From Toensbergia leucococca (lineage: Eukaryota): 64,000 bases of DNA. Where the stretch lies: contig JALDZS010000023.1 in assembly GCA_022813965.1 (NCBI GenBank), positions 1 to 64,000 on the forward strand, given 5' to 3'. Below the pieces are notes generated by a model. That model did not search any database. It saw only the letters and a list, made by a program, of their open reading frames with translations, and had not been told where the DNA came from. Shown in pieces: positions 53,766-64,000 of this stretch. The first letter of the stretch is position 1. Each line of letters starts with the position of its first letter. The translations under genes and the position numbers were made by a program.

Positions 53766-54299
53766 GAGGGTTAGTGTTTTTTGCTCCCGTTCTTTTTTTT
53801 TGGAGTCTTTGTTTTTTCTTTCTTCCATTCTTATCAATGGGATCGAGAGGACTTTTTTTAAAAAAGAATTATGGCGTGGTAGAGATAGAAGAGGGACTTT
53901 CATGCATTTGGGATTGTTTGCGAGTAATTGTTTTTGCTTTTGATGATGAATCTTAGACATTTTGAAGAGGGCTAGAATATAGCTATCCTTTTCTTCCCTC
54001 TAAAAAAACCCCTGATGTGAAGGAATATACAACCCAGACCTTGAATATAGATAGTGTCTATCTGCTTACTATACACAATCTGACCCAGATGAGATACGCC
54101 ACCGGCTTCAGTAAGCGACTACCGAATTATACAACTGATGGTGTCAAATATCTACATCGAACCGGTTTTTGTGAAGAATGAAAGTCTATGAGGGTTATTC
54201 TACTAACCCCTTGTCAACCCCCTCTGATGAAGACATAATATTAAGAGTAGATATATCTTGACAGGATCAACATTGCTTATAAGCCCTTCCACTTTTCAG

Positions 54300-55350
54300 A
54301 GGTCTGTATCATCTCTCACCATCTCACTCCTTCACTTCTTCACTTTTCAACCTCTGCATTTTTGAATTAATAACTCTCACTTATCAATCATGTCTTTCAT
54401 CAACCCTCCACCCCCCCTTCTCATCCTTGACATAATCAAATCCTTCTTATTGAATCTTTTGTTAGCTTTCTTTCATTCTCATCAAAACACCCCTCATCCT
54501 CAAAGCGTCCCCTTCCCTCAACCCCCCCCTCTCTCCCCTCATCCATCTCAAACCCATCAATACCCTCATCAACCTCCTCTTCTCTCCCTCACTCAACCCA
54601 ACCCAACCCAACCAAACTCACACCCAACCCTTCTCTCCCCCCACCAATCCCAACCCATCAAACCATCAAACCCACTCAACACCCCCTCCAACCCCCCTTC
54701 CCATCCCTCCCTCAACTCAACTCAACCCATAACTCAACCAATTCACCACACCCCCCAAATCCTTTCCCTCAAAAAAAAAATACATAAAAAAAGGTCCAAC
54801 GTTCAAAATCTGTCAAGACGTGAGCATTTTTCCATTTTTGAGGATTTTTGGTTTGTGGTGTGAGGGGGAGGGGGGGAATGAACCCGAGTAACATCAACCA
54901 ACCCCCCCTCCCCCCAACTTACCCAGTTCCCCCCAAAAATAGCCTTTGTTTCCACAAAAACAAGATAAACCTATCCCGATTTATTTTTTTTAAAATACCT
55001 GACAGTTGAATAAACGGTCAAAGTGATATCCCAATCCCTTAATTTCGAACAAAAAAACAGGCCCTTTCGCTTTGTGTTGCTGGATTGTCTTGGTCTTGAG
55101 AGAGTGAGAGAGAGAGAGAGATGTGAATCTCGCTGTATCTGCTTTGGGTTGCGTGTACTCTTAGTTCCTTTCTGCTTTTATTTTGGGGAGGGAAGAGGAG
55201 GTTCGGGATTTGGGTGGGAGAAAACGAGGGTGTCAGAGCTTGGAATTTGGGGTTTCCTGATACACGTGAGACGCTGGGAAAGATAGGTGGTGAGGCACGT
55301 GAACAGTCAGCTTTTCGAAGAGCTAAAATCACTGGATGTGTGTGTGTGTA
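54300..55350. repeat. Low-complexity region: C-rich (CCCAA/CCT-like) tract, A runs, then G-rich segment with (GA)n and (GT)n microsatellites
   Basis: aacccaacccaacccaacc at about 54595-54615, poly-A at about 54771-54790, (ag)n at about 55097-55120, (gt)n at about 55338-55348. Confidence 0.75.
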
Positions 55351-55785
55351 TCTATGAGAAAAGAGTCGTTGAGGATAATGCTTCTGATTCATAACGACTG
55401 CCTTCTATAAGTGATAAGTAATGATACCGCTAACCTACGCAGAACGTAAGGTGTTGGTGGATAGTAGAGCCCATCTGAGTCTCAAAAAAACAGATGACTA
55501 GTTTGTCTCGCAAATTTAGCTGCACTTTTGTCCGTCCGTCCGCCATGGGTGCCTCTTGCCTCGCGCCGGCCTTGGCGGGAGGTCTGAATGACTTTGGTAG
55601 GTATCCTTCATCGTCGGAGTGATCAGTTGGTGATCTCGATGACGAGACTTGTTGGATGTAGATATTATATTTAGATGATGATCGGATAATTCCTAGATTA
55701 GAAGCTGGGGTTTTTCCACATTAGGATACTCCGTGAAATCCTTGTGTGGTCAATACGCTTTCGAAGAGATGTACTATGGTCTGCC

Positions 55786-57273
55786 TCAAGGCTCTTCGAA
55801 AACGTTGTTCCAATAGCTCATGACGTTGCTGCATATCCCTCCAGCGTATTTCCAACTTTGAAATTTATCCTCAAACTCACAACTCGTCCTCTTGATCTCC
55901 TGCCAAAACATCTTTTCAATATCCATGTCGAAGCTTTCCATCGTGTCTTTGGCATCTGTCCACACCCGTCGGTCCGTTCCGTTGGAATGTCGAGTTACTC
56001 CATCGGCGAAGACCGTGGCCGGGTTGAACTTTGGAAAATTCGCATGGACGAAGACAGGCCGGAGAGGCTCCGCTACTGAGGGATCCTCGACGCGGAACAA
56101 GCCATGGGAGGTCAAATTAAAGTCCTGTACAGGGTCATACTGCACCATAGCAGAGCCAGCCAAGCCTCCGCCATCTTTAGGAACGCCAATGGCGCGAATT
56201 CTCTCGCTAGTTTGGTAGTACTTTTCATCGAACACAGTGGCGGCAGATGTAAAGGTCTCCTTGTCTCCTTCGCCTGGGGCGCCTTGGGAGAATATGGTGT
56301 AATAGTGACTTGGCCCATAGTAGTTGTAGTAAGTTGCCAGAAGAAGAGATCGTTGATGTGTTGTTTTGGAAAGCATAAGCTCGCCGGACTCGCAGGATGC
56401 GCGTGCATTCATAGGCGGTGGTAATTGAGAGGATATTTTATAGTACAACTCAGAAGTTGAAGAAGCCCAAAAGTCTGGCCAGGTAACCATTCCATGTGAG
56501 GTGAACGGCTCGGATTGGAATAGTACCTCGGGATCATGAATCGGGAAACTGTCAGCATCGAGGAATAACAATTCATCGAACGAAGAAAACAGCATGGCAA
56601 AAGCTTTGAATTGATAATGTGTGATGCTGACGAGGTGAGGAATGGCATCTAGAATTTCGGACAGGACAACGCATTTGGCGTTCAGCGAGGGAAATATGTT
56701 ATCACAAAAGTAGCTTTCGTACTCGTCATTTGAAGCCAGGAAAACCTCCATCGGTAAAGATGATCCAGTGCGTCGAAGCATTCGTAGTGAAATGAGAAAT
56801 ACGGGAAGATATGAGCCTCCAGCTGTCGACACCAAACCTCGAGTTCCCGGATTGAAGACCATCTTTGGCGGATCAGATTTGATAGTATCGGTAAACTTAT
56901 GATGGGCGATTCGCATTAGCTCTACATCTTGGTCAGGCATGGAAAGATACTCTCTCCGGACGAGATCGGCTTTAGGATTGAAGCCCACGGCTTCGGCGCT
57001 ACCCACTCGCTGCGGGGACGGGCAATCTGGTCGGTTCGAGGCTAAAAGTGTTTCCAAAGAGGCCCAAAACTGAATCTGCGCGTCCAGTTCGGGCTTGACA
57101 TCTGGCTTGCCTTCTGTATCAATTTCAGATTGGCTGGATTGGAAAGGGTGTCGGATGGAAGAGGGCACGTCGGGAAGGCGACGAAACAGAGATGTGGAAT
57201 TGTACAAGAACAAAATGACGACTAAGGCAACAAATACAAGTTTGACGCGGGTGGAATGAGTATTCAAGATCAT
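55786..57273 (-). CDS. MNN2: Alpha-1,2-mannosyltransferase, GT71 (Mnn2-like)
   Basis: N-terminal signal anchor; RGLVSTAGG, SLRMLRRTGSSLPMEVF, YQFKAFAMLFSSF, LFLDAD (DXD), WPDFW, ESGE, QGAPGEGDKETF, FVHANFPK. Confidence 0.93.
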   Translation of the reverse strand: MILNTHSTRVKLVFVALVVILFLYNSTSLFRRLPDVPSSIRHPFQSSQSEIDTEGKPDVKPELDAQIQFWASLETLLASNRPDCPSPQRVGSAEAVGFNPKADLVRREYLSMPDQDVELMRIAHHKFTDTIKSDPPKMVFNPGTRGLVSTAGGSYLPVFLISLRMLRRTGSSLPMEVFLASNDEYESYFCDNIFPSLNAKCVVLSEILDAIPHLVSITHYQFKAFAMLFSSFDELLFLDADSFPIHDPEVLFQSEPFTSHGMVTWPDFWASSTSELYYKISSQLPPPMNARASCESGELMLSKTTHQRSLLLATYYNYYGPSHYYTIFSQGAPGEGDKETFTSAATVFDEKYYQTSERIRAIGVPKDGGGLAGSAMVQYDPVQDFNLTSHGLFRVEDPSVAEPLRPVFVHANFPKFNPATVFADGVTRHSNGTDRRVWTDAKDTMESFDMDIEKMFWQEIKRTSCEFEDKFQSWKYAGGICSNVMSYWNNVFEEP

Positions 57274-58349
57274 AATGGGCTGCACTAAAAAGGAAGATGT
57301 ATTGATACACGTGGCGCGGCGCGGCTAAGACGAAGACGACCTTTGTAGCAAATGCGGCAGGGTATTAAATATTTTTGGGAGGTTGTGATGGAAGAACGGT
57401 GATGGGTACGGAGAGAGTAGAAGTTATGTACGAGATGGTGTGGTAGTACGGAGTAGGTAGTTGGTAGTAGGTGGCAGGTGGTACCTGCTACAATGGATCA
57501 GTTCTGGCTCTCAGCCCTGCCACGCGGAAATTGTAGAATATTTACTCCGAGATCCCCACTGGCCGCGCGTAGGCATTTACACACATCTGGATTCCTCTGC
57601 ATGACTATCAAGCCGAGAATGTCCCTTCGATGCATTCTCTTGTGACGACTATCAGTCTACCAAGGCATATTCAATCCTCTTTTCATGATAAAGTGACTAA
57701 TACGGTTTGTTCAACTCCTGACTCTTCAGTCATCACAAAATGGTGATTTAGAACGGCAACGGGGAGATAATTACACCTACTCCAAGTGAGACTGTTCTCT
57801 AAGATTTGTTGTCTTCTGATCAATCCCAGTCCTGAGGACTAGAAAACAACCTAATAGATACTGCAATCTCTTCCCACCATTGGGTTGAACCCGTTACACT
57901 AGCGCTCATGTCCAAGGCTTTGAATCCGTCAAACCTGAGCCTGAACTAAGTTGCGCTGGCTGTCTTCTATGTCAGTATGTGGAAAATGCTTCACAGGCAA
58001 GACGCAACTCGGACCGAGGTCCTTTAGTGTAACCACACTTCCATTTTCCCCATGAATAGAAGTGCATAACCCCAGCATGCCACTCAAATGTCATCAATCT
58101 AATAGCTTACACCACAATACCATCCACAACTAACGACATGCGGGGGTGTCGCTGCCGCCTTATCTACCCATGCAAGCAATATATCCATGTAACCTGCAGC
58201 AGCTTGAGCAACGCCGACCATTATTTCCTTTTCCGACTTTCTAACCGAAGGATGAAGACGGGAATGCCTTTGCGACTATTCTTGTCATTCATCTCATGCA
58301 TTGAATTTGGAGTGTCAAGTCTCAAATTTCATGACCGCTTTCTGCTATC

Positions 58350-59585
58350 ATGTCTACTGCTTCGATTCCAAGTCATCGATTAGCCGACAAAGTTGCCATT
58401 GTGACAGGCGCTTCTTCTGGGCTTGGCCGCGCCATTGCTATTGCATTCGCTGCTAATGGTACCCGTCTCGTAGTGTGTGCTGACCTACGTCCTGATCCCC
58501 GCGGAGACTTTGGTGTGGCGGCGGCAGGGACACCAACGCATGAAGTGATATGTGAGCAGTATGGAGAGAAGAAGGCTTTGTTCATGCGAACGGACGTTAC
58601 GATTGGTGATGAGGTAGAGGCCTTGGTGCAAGAAGCTGTTCTAGTCGGAGGAAGACTGGACGTGTAAGTTTCATGAACAATTTACCGATCTCAGGCTTTG
58701 CGTTACAATCACAATAACATCATTTTCAACCCAAAATCATCCTCTATGCTGACTGGGCGTCTAATGCTTGCTTGACCATTTAGGATTGTCAACAATGCTG
58801 GCACAGGTGGAACGGAAAGTGCTGGGAAAGTGCATGATATGACTGAGGAGACATGGGATTTTGTTATGTGAGTCGGGCCTGACTTGCCGTTTCTAATCTA
58901 CTTGGACTCGAACGACCCACATATTCTGGAGTTGTAGAAAAGCTACTGTCTTTCGTTGAGTAGCCAACTGAAACTGCAACATAATCAGGAAAATCAACAC
59001 CCGCAGTGTATTCCTTGGGTGCAAATTCGCTTGCAAACAATTCTTGAAACAAGAGCCGCATTCGACTGGACACCGGGGGTGGATTATCAACACCGCGAGT
59101 ATGCTTGGGCTAGTAGGCCTGAAACCCGGCGCTGGTGAGTAGAGTCCCGCGTTAAGAGATACCAAAGGGCAAGAAGGAGCTTGACCCTAATTAACGCGCG
59201 GTTGCTGTAGCTGCATATTGTGCATCCAAGGGAGCGGTGGTTCTGTTGACCAAGCAGGTCGCAGTGGAATATGCCATTGAAAAGATTCATTGCAATGCAC
59301 TATGTCCAGGATGTGAGTCCATTTCCCCTTCCCCCCCTTTTTTGACTTGAGATTTCTAGTCTCAGTCATCTAAGTTCCTATGCGGGTGTAGATCTGAAGA
59401 CACCGATGACACAGCCGATATATGATGACAAGAAGACAAGGGATGAGATCATGGCATCCACGCCATGGGGCGAGTGGGGTAGCGTAGAAGATGTCGCGAA
59501 ATGTGCTATCTTTTTGGCGAGTGAGGATGCGGCTTATGTTACTGGTGTGCCGCTGCCGATTGATGGGGGGTATACTGCTCAGTAG
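58350..59585 (+). CDS. Classical short-chain dehydrogenase/reductase
   Basis: TGASSGLG, IVNNAG, IINTAS, YCASK catalytic motif, NALCPG, VTGVPLPIDGGYTAQ*; four introns. Confidence 0.95.
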
Positions 59586-60258
59586 TGAACAGTAGGAGGG
59601 GATTGTGAAATCGCTCCCGTGACGAACGGAGAAATAACGGAGGAGGCAATCAATATACTACCATTTCATGTGTTGAAATGCCAACGAAGAGGTCCCAAGC
59701 GTATGCATATTGAAAGACGGTTTCAAAGGAATTAAAAGGGAAAGGCTTCAAAAAGTCTGAAATTGTAGAGAACAAGATGTCAAGCCCAGCAAACATATAG
59801 GTGTTTCGGGTTGCCTTTGAGAAACAGTCTGCCTTTGCCTCTTTGTCTAGTCACACTAGAAAATGTATAAAGATTCATCATGGATTTCATTCAACCAAAG
59901 ATTTTGATACGTATCCTGATTATACATGTGGGCTTCCCTACATCCATCAAAGGGTTAATCTTATGTGAGGGAAGTTCATAGTTTTTTTAATCACAATGAC
60001 ACCGATTAATAAAGTCGGTTGCTGTGAGAGTGATTATGTCTGCTAAAAGAGTGAGTTATCTCTTCATTACTAAAAGAAGCGTATTCTGACTCTTACCATC
60101 TGTCAGGCAAGAAAAAGACTTTACTGAACCGGCACACGTACCATGACTAGGCAATTCCCCTCGTATTTCCCCGGAATTCAACGAAGAAAAAAGAAACGCA
60201 TGCTTGACTCTCTAACCTGCCTAATCACTGCGTCTGAAGTGCTTCTACTCGACTGAAA

Positions 60259-60438
60259 TCAGTATCTTGGGTGGCTGGCACAGCAGGTTGGACAGAGGCC
60301 CTCCCAGTAGATTGTTGGCGTGTACCGATGGCAATTTGGGAAACGGGGGCATGTGACTGTGGTGCCTGCGGTGTACAGCGTCTCTGTCACTGTGTGGTTG
60401 CATTGCTTCCAACATTCAGTATTTGTTTGAAGACACAT
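60259..60438 (-). CDS. Small Cys-rich putative zinc-binding protein (59 aa)
   Basis: Hand translation MCLQTNTECWKQCNHTVTETLYTAGTTVTCPRFPNCHRYTPTIYWEGLCPTCCASHPRY*; good start context (aaacATG) and an upstream CT-rich tract; below the ORF-track length cut-off. Confidence 0.6.
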   Translation of the reverse strand: MCLQTNTECWKQCNHTVTETLYTAGTTVTCPRFPNCHRYTPTIYWEGLCPTCCASHPRY

Positions 60439-61382
60439 GTTTCGATCGTTCTTTGATCGTGTGGCGAGGAGTGGTTGCTGATGTTTGGTAAATATGTTGT
60501 GTGGGATCCGAAGAGGAAAGACTTTGGTGAGGAAGAAAGATGAGAGAGGAGAGAGAGAGAACTTATGTACTGTTTGCGTTGTGAGTTGGATGGTAGAGGT
60601 GTTTTAGTTGTAATGATTGGACAATGCTATTGAAGTTTTGGAAGACATTTGTACAATGAGGTGGACTATCAACAGTTTGATGGGAAAAAAAGCGATCAGT
60701 GAATGTTCTGTATTGCTCAAGAATATTCTCTTCTTGAAGAACCAATTGAGAGCATAGTGATGGAGACTGTCATGCTTCATCTTCAATGTCATTGTCGCAG
60801 TCTTGGTCCAAATTGATAACCTAGAAATGAATAAGTCGTTGTTAGTCAGTGTGCGGTTGTTCTCAGTTCATAGAATGTCCTAAGGTAGTGAAGCGGTGTT
60901 TAGCATCAGAGACATTAGGGTGTGACAAAATGTGATGATATGCCGCTGCTGCCAACAGTCACGGTGGCAAGGTGGGACAATGGATGGTGAAGTTGACCGT
61001 TGAGGTAGTTGCCTCGTTGAGAGACTAGTAGAATAGGAAGGTCGCCCTCGAGTCGGACATTTACGATGCACATTCCGATTTCCATGTGAAGATTCATTTC
61101 AACATTTTAAAAGATGACTGACGAGGGGGGGGGCTCGGTGCTTGGCGTTGATTATTCCCGTTGGCCTAGTACTAAAGACATAAGTGTGCGTCATTCGTCA
61201 ACGCTGCTCCTCCTTTCTCCGGGAAGGTGGGTCAATCGCTGAGGCCATTTAAAGGTCTGGGATATAGGTAGGCAGCCCTTCGGATAAGAAGCATTCCCTC
61301 AAGAAAGGCCTTCATATTCTTGTCAACAAGAACCCAGAATCCTACTGGAAATAGAAGCCTGTGGAAAATCCATTGGCATACT

Positions 61383-63600
61383 ATGGCAACTGCAGCCCTA
61401 CAGATTCCCTTTTCAAATCACGTCGTGCCTGGCTCTCATCTTCTCAAAGGAGCTTCTTATCCAAAGTCCATCGGTACCCTCCCCACTGATGTCGAGAAAG
61501 TGGCTGCCGACTGGATCTTTTCGTTCAATGCTTTCGTCCAAGGCGAAGACCCTCCCCTGTCCCAACTATTCCTAAATGAATCCTACTGGAGAGATCTTCT
61601 TTGCTTGACATGGGATTTCCACACTCTCGGTGGACCAGAGAAGATTGCCTCTTTCATCAAGAAACAAAAAAAGGGATGCCGTATCAGATCTCTGAAACTT
61701 GACACATCTAGTGATGTGAGAAAATCAAGAGTCTCTGCTATTGACTTTGGAGGAGATCTGAAGGGTGTTCAATCTTTTCTCTCTGTTCAAACCGATGTTG
61801 GCTGGGGCAGAGGACTGGTCAGACTTCTACGGGATCCAGAAGATGAAGGGAATTGGAAATGTTTCACACTGTTCACTGCACTAGAAGAATTGACAGGATA
61901 TGAAGAGCTTGTCAGCGGTCGTAGGCCCACGGGCGTTGACCATGGCTCACAACCTGGACGAAAGAACTGGAAGGATAGGAGAGTAGATGAGGAAAATGCT
62001 GAAGGTGAAATGGAGCCTACTGTGCTCATAGTAGGTAAGTCTCCTCTGCTTTGAATGCCATAAGAATAGAAGGAGAAGGCTCTAACACTATCGAGCGTAA
62101 AGGCGCTGGCCAGGGAGGGTTGAGCTTAGCTGCTCGTTTGAAACAACTAGGTGTCAAAACTTTGGTCGTGGATCGTAATCCTCGGATTGGAGACAACTGG
62201 CGAAATCGATATCATCAATTAGTACTTCATGATTCTGTGTGGTAAGCTTAGAGGCCGTGTCGGCTTCTACGCAGAGAAGTAGCCCAATGTTAATCTGAAA
62301 TTGTAGGTATGATCATATGCCATATCTAAATTTCCCACCAAATTGGCCCGTAAGTTACTCTGAGAGTTATTTCCATGACGCTTTGAGGAAAAAGCTAGAG
62401 TGTCATAGGTCTTTACACCGAAGGATAAGCTCGCAGAATGGTTCGAGTTCTATGCAAACGTACTGGAGCTCAACGTCTGGACTAAGACCACTTTGAAAGC
62501 CTCGAAATGGGATGACACCCTTCAAAAGTGGACAGTGACACTCGAACGTGAAAGAGATGGGAAATTAGAAAGCCGTAAGCCCGCTCATTACTTCCCTAAT
62601 TGAGGGAACAAGACCTTACATACCTACAAAGGCACATTACACCCAGACCACATCGTCCAAGCCACTGGCCATTCCGGCGAAGCAAACTTCCCTTCCCACA
62701 TCGAAGGTCTCGGCGATTTCAAAGGTGATCGCTTGGTCCACTCGTCTCAATTCACCGGCCCGCATTCCAACGGCAAAGGTAAGAAAGCAGTCATAGTAGG
62801 CTGTTGCAACTCCGGCCACGACATCGCCCAAGATTTTTATGAACATGGATACGACGTCACCATGATTCAGCGGAGTTCCACTCTCGTTGTGACAAGCAAA
62901 ACGCTCATTGACGTGACCATGAAGGGACTTTACTCGGAAGATGGGGTACACCACCCTTCCTGCGCTTTCCACTCTATCAGTCCTCGTTTCACTAATCCGC
63001 CTCCTTATCTCTCAGCCTCCCCTCGAAGACGCTGACCTTATCAACATGTCGGTGCCTAATCCCGTCTCCAAGCGCTTCCACGTTGATTCAGCACTAGCCA
63101 TGGTACAGCTTGACGAGCCTCTCCTCAAAGGCCTCGTCGCTGCCGGCTTCGCGCTTGACTGCGGCCCGGACAGGTCCGGGCTTTTCATGAAATACCTCCA
63201 CCGCGGCGGTGGCTATTATATCGACGTTGGCGCCTCGCAGCTGATCGCCTCAGGCAAGATCAAAATCAAGCAGGGCCAGGAAATCACACGTGTCAATGCG
63301 CACAGCATCACTCTGGCGGATGGAGCGGAGCTTGAGGCCGATGAGATTGTGTTTGCCACGGGGTATTCCAATATGCGGGACACGGCGAAAAAGATCTTTG
63401 GAGAGGAAGTGGCTGGCAGAGTGGGGGATGTGTGGGGATTGGATCAGGAAGGCGAGGTCAGGGGTATGTGGCGGAAGTCGGGGCATCCGGGATTTTGGTT
63501 CTTCGGGGGTAATTTGGCGCTTTGTAGATATTATTCCAGGCTACTGGCATTGCAGATCAAGGGGCTGGAGGCGGGCATCACCAAGTACGAGGATGCTTGA
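61383..63600 (+). CDS. Flavin-containing monooxygenase (type II FMO / YUCCA-like, with N-terminal extension)
   Basis: YWRDLLCLTWDFHT N-domain, VLIVGAGQGGL, GDNWRNRYHQLVLHD, ATGHSG, FKGDRLVHSSQF, VGCCNSGHDIA, GGGYYIDVG, FATGY; five introns. Confidence 0.93.
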
Positions 63601-63615
63601 TTTTCTTTTCTTGGG

Positions 63616-63652
63616 TATGAGCAACTCCCTGAGTATGAGCAACTCCTTGAGG
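63616..63652. repeat. 18-bp tandem duplication in the FMO 3' UTR
   Basis: gtatgagcaactccctga followed by gtatgagcaactccttga. Confidence 0.85.
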
Positions 63653-64000
63653 ATTCTGCTGACGCGGATGACAATGGCACTTTGTTCTACTTTCTTTTCC
63701 TCCGCTTTGATTTTCGGTGACCTGAGATTTCTTGAGGAAACGGGTTAGAATATGGATTGTGGTACTCGAGCCACCGGGACGCTTTTTTGAGATTTTGGTT
63801 TGATCCAATAGAGCTCATGTCAGACAATTGCTTGGGAGATTGTTGTCATTGGCGGAGAGCAAAAGTATTGAATAGAATAGTGCTTCCGAGTCGGGACATT
63901 GAAAGAGGGAGCCAACCGGTGAATGGAAAATCATGCTGACCCTACATCCAAACCTGCCTTTTGGGGGCCGAAATATCCTTCCCAGGTGCTGAGATGGCTT

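Noticed and set aside
54170..54240. GAAA...CTGATGA hammerhead-like words
   Set aside because: Stems II and III cannot be formed around the core.
54390..54863. 157-aa Pro/Gln/His-rich ORF
   Set aside because: Explained by C-rich low-complexity DNA that lacks stop codons; no domain features.
55535..55595. GC-rich stretch reminiscent of an HDV-like ribozyme
   Set aside because: Could not build the P1/P2/P3 nested pseudoknot on either strand.
57870..57950. GGTTCAACCC T-loop-like motif on the minus strand (tRNA or tRNA-Sec?)
   Set aside because: No acceptor stem and no properly paired anticodon arm.

Overview
Gene-dense window from a filamentous ascomycete (Pezizomycotina; short GT-AG introns with CTRAY branch sites, possibly a lichen-forming lineage, which is only an inference). 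It holds about 20 intron-containing genes: a TPP1/Est3-like telomere protein (partial), FAB1, AME1/CENP-U, a twin-CX9C protein, an ANTH adaptor, mitochondrial Asp-tRNA synthetase, nudC, a TLC protein, an F-box-like protein, a GMC oxidoreductase, two BTB proteins, MAP1, BNA4/KMO, pyruvate kinase, DUF1769, LYS12, a DDX60-like helicase, MNN2, an SDR and an FMO. There is also an MFS pseudogene and several coding relics. Most notable: (1) a long, apparently structured first intron of kynurenine 3-monooxygenase with a frameshifting cassette exon and hairpins over its splice signals, a candidate NAD-pathway splicing switch; (2) two upstream exons that splice in frame to give pyruvate kinase a 40-aa N-terminal extension; (3) C2H2 fingers and ~40-aa repeats inside the TPP1/Est3-like protein; (4) recurrent C-rich then G-rich blocks around convergent gene ends; (5) a 59-aa Cys-rich ORF missed by the ORF track; (6) a RIP-like CpA->TpA stop pattern in the MFS pseudogene. 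All calls come from reading the sequence; no searches were run.
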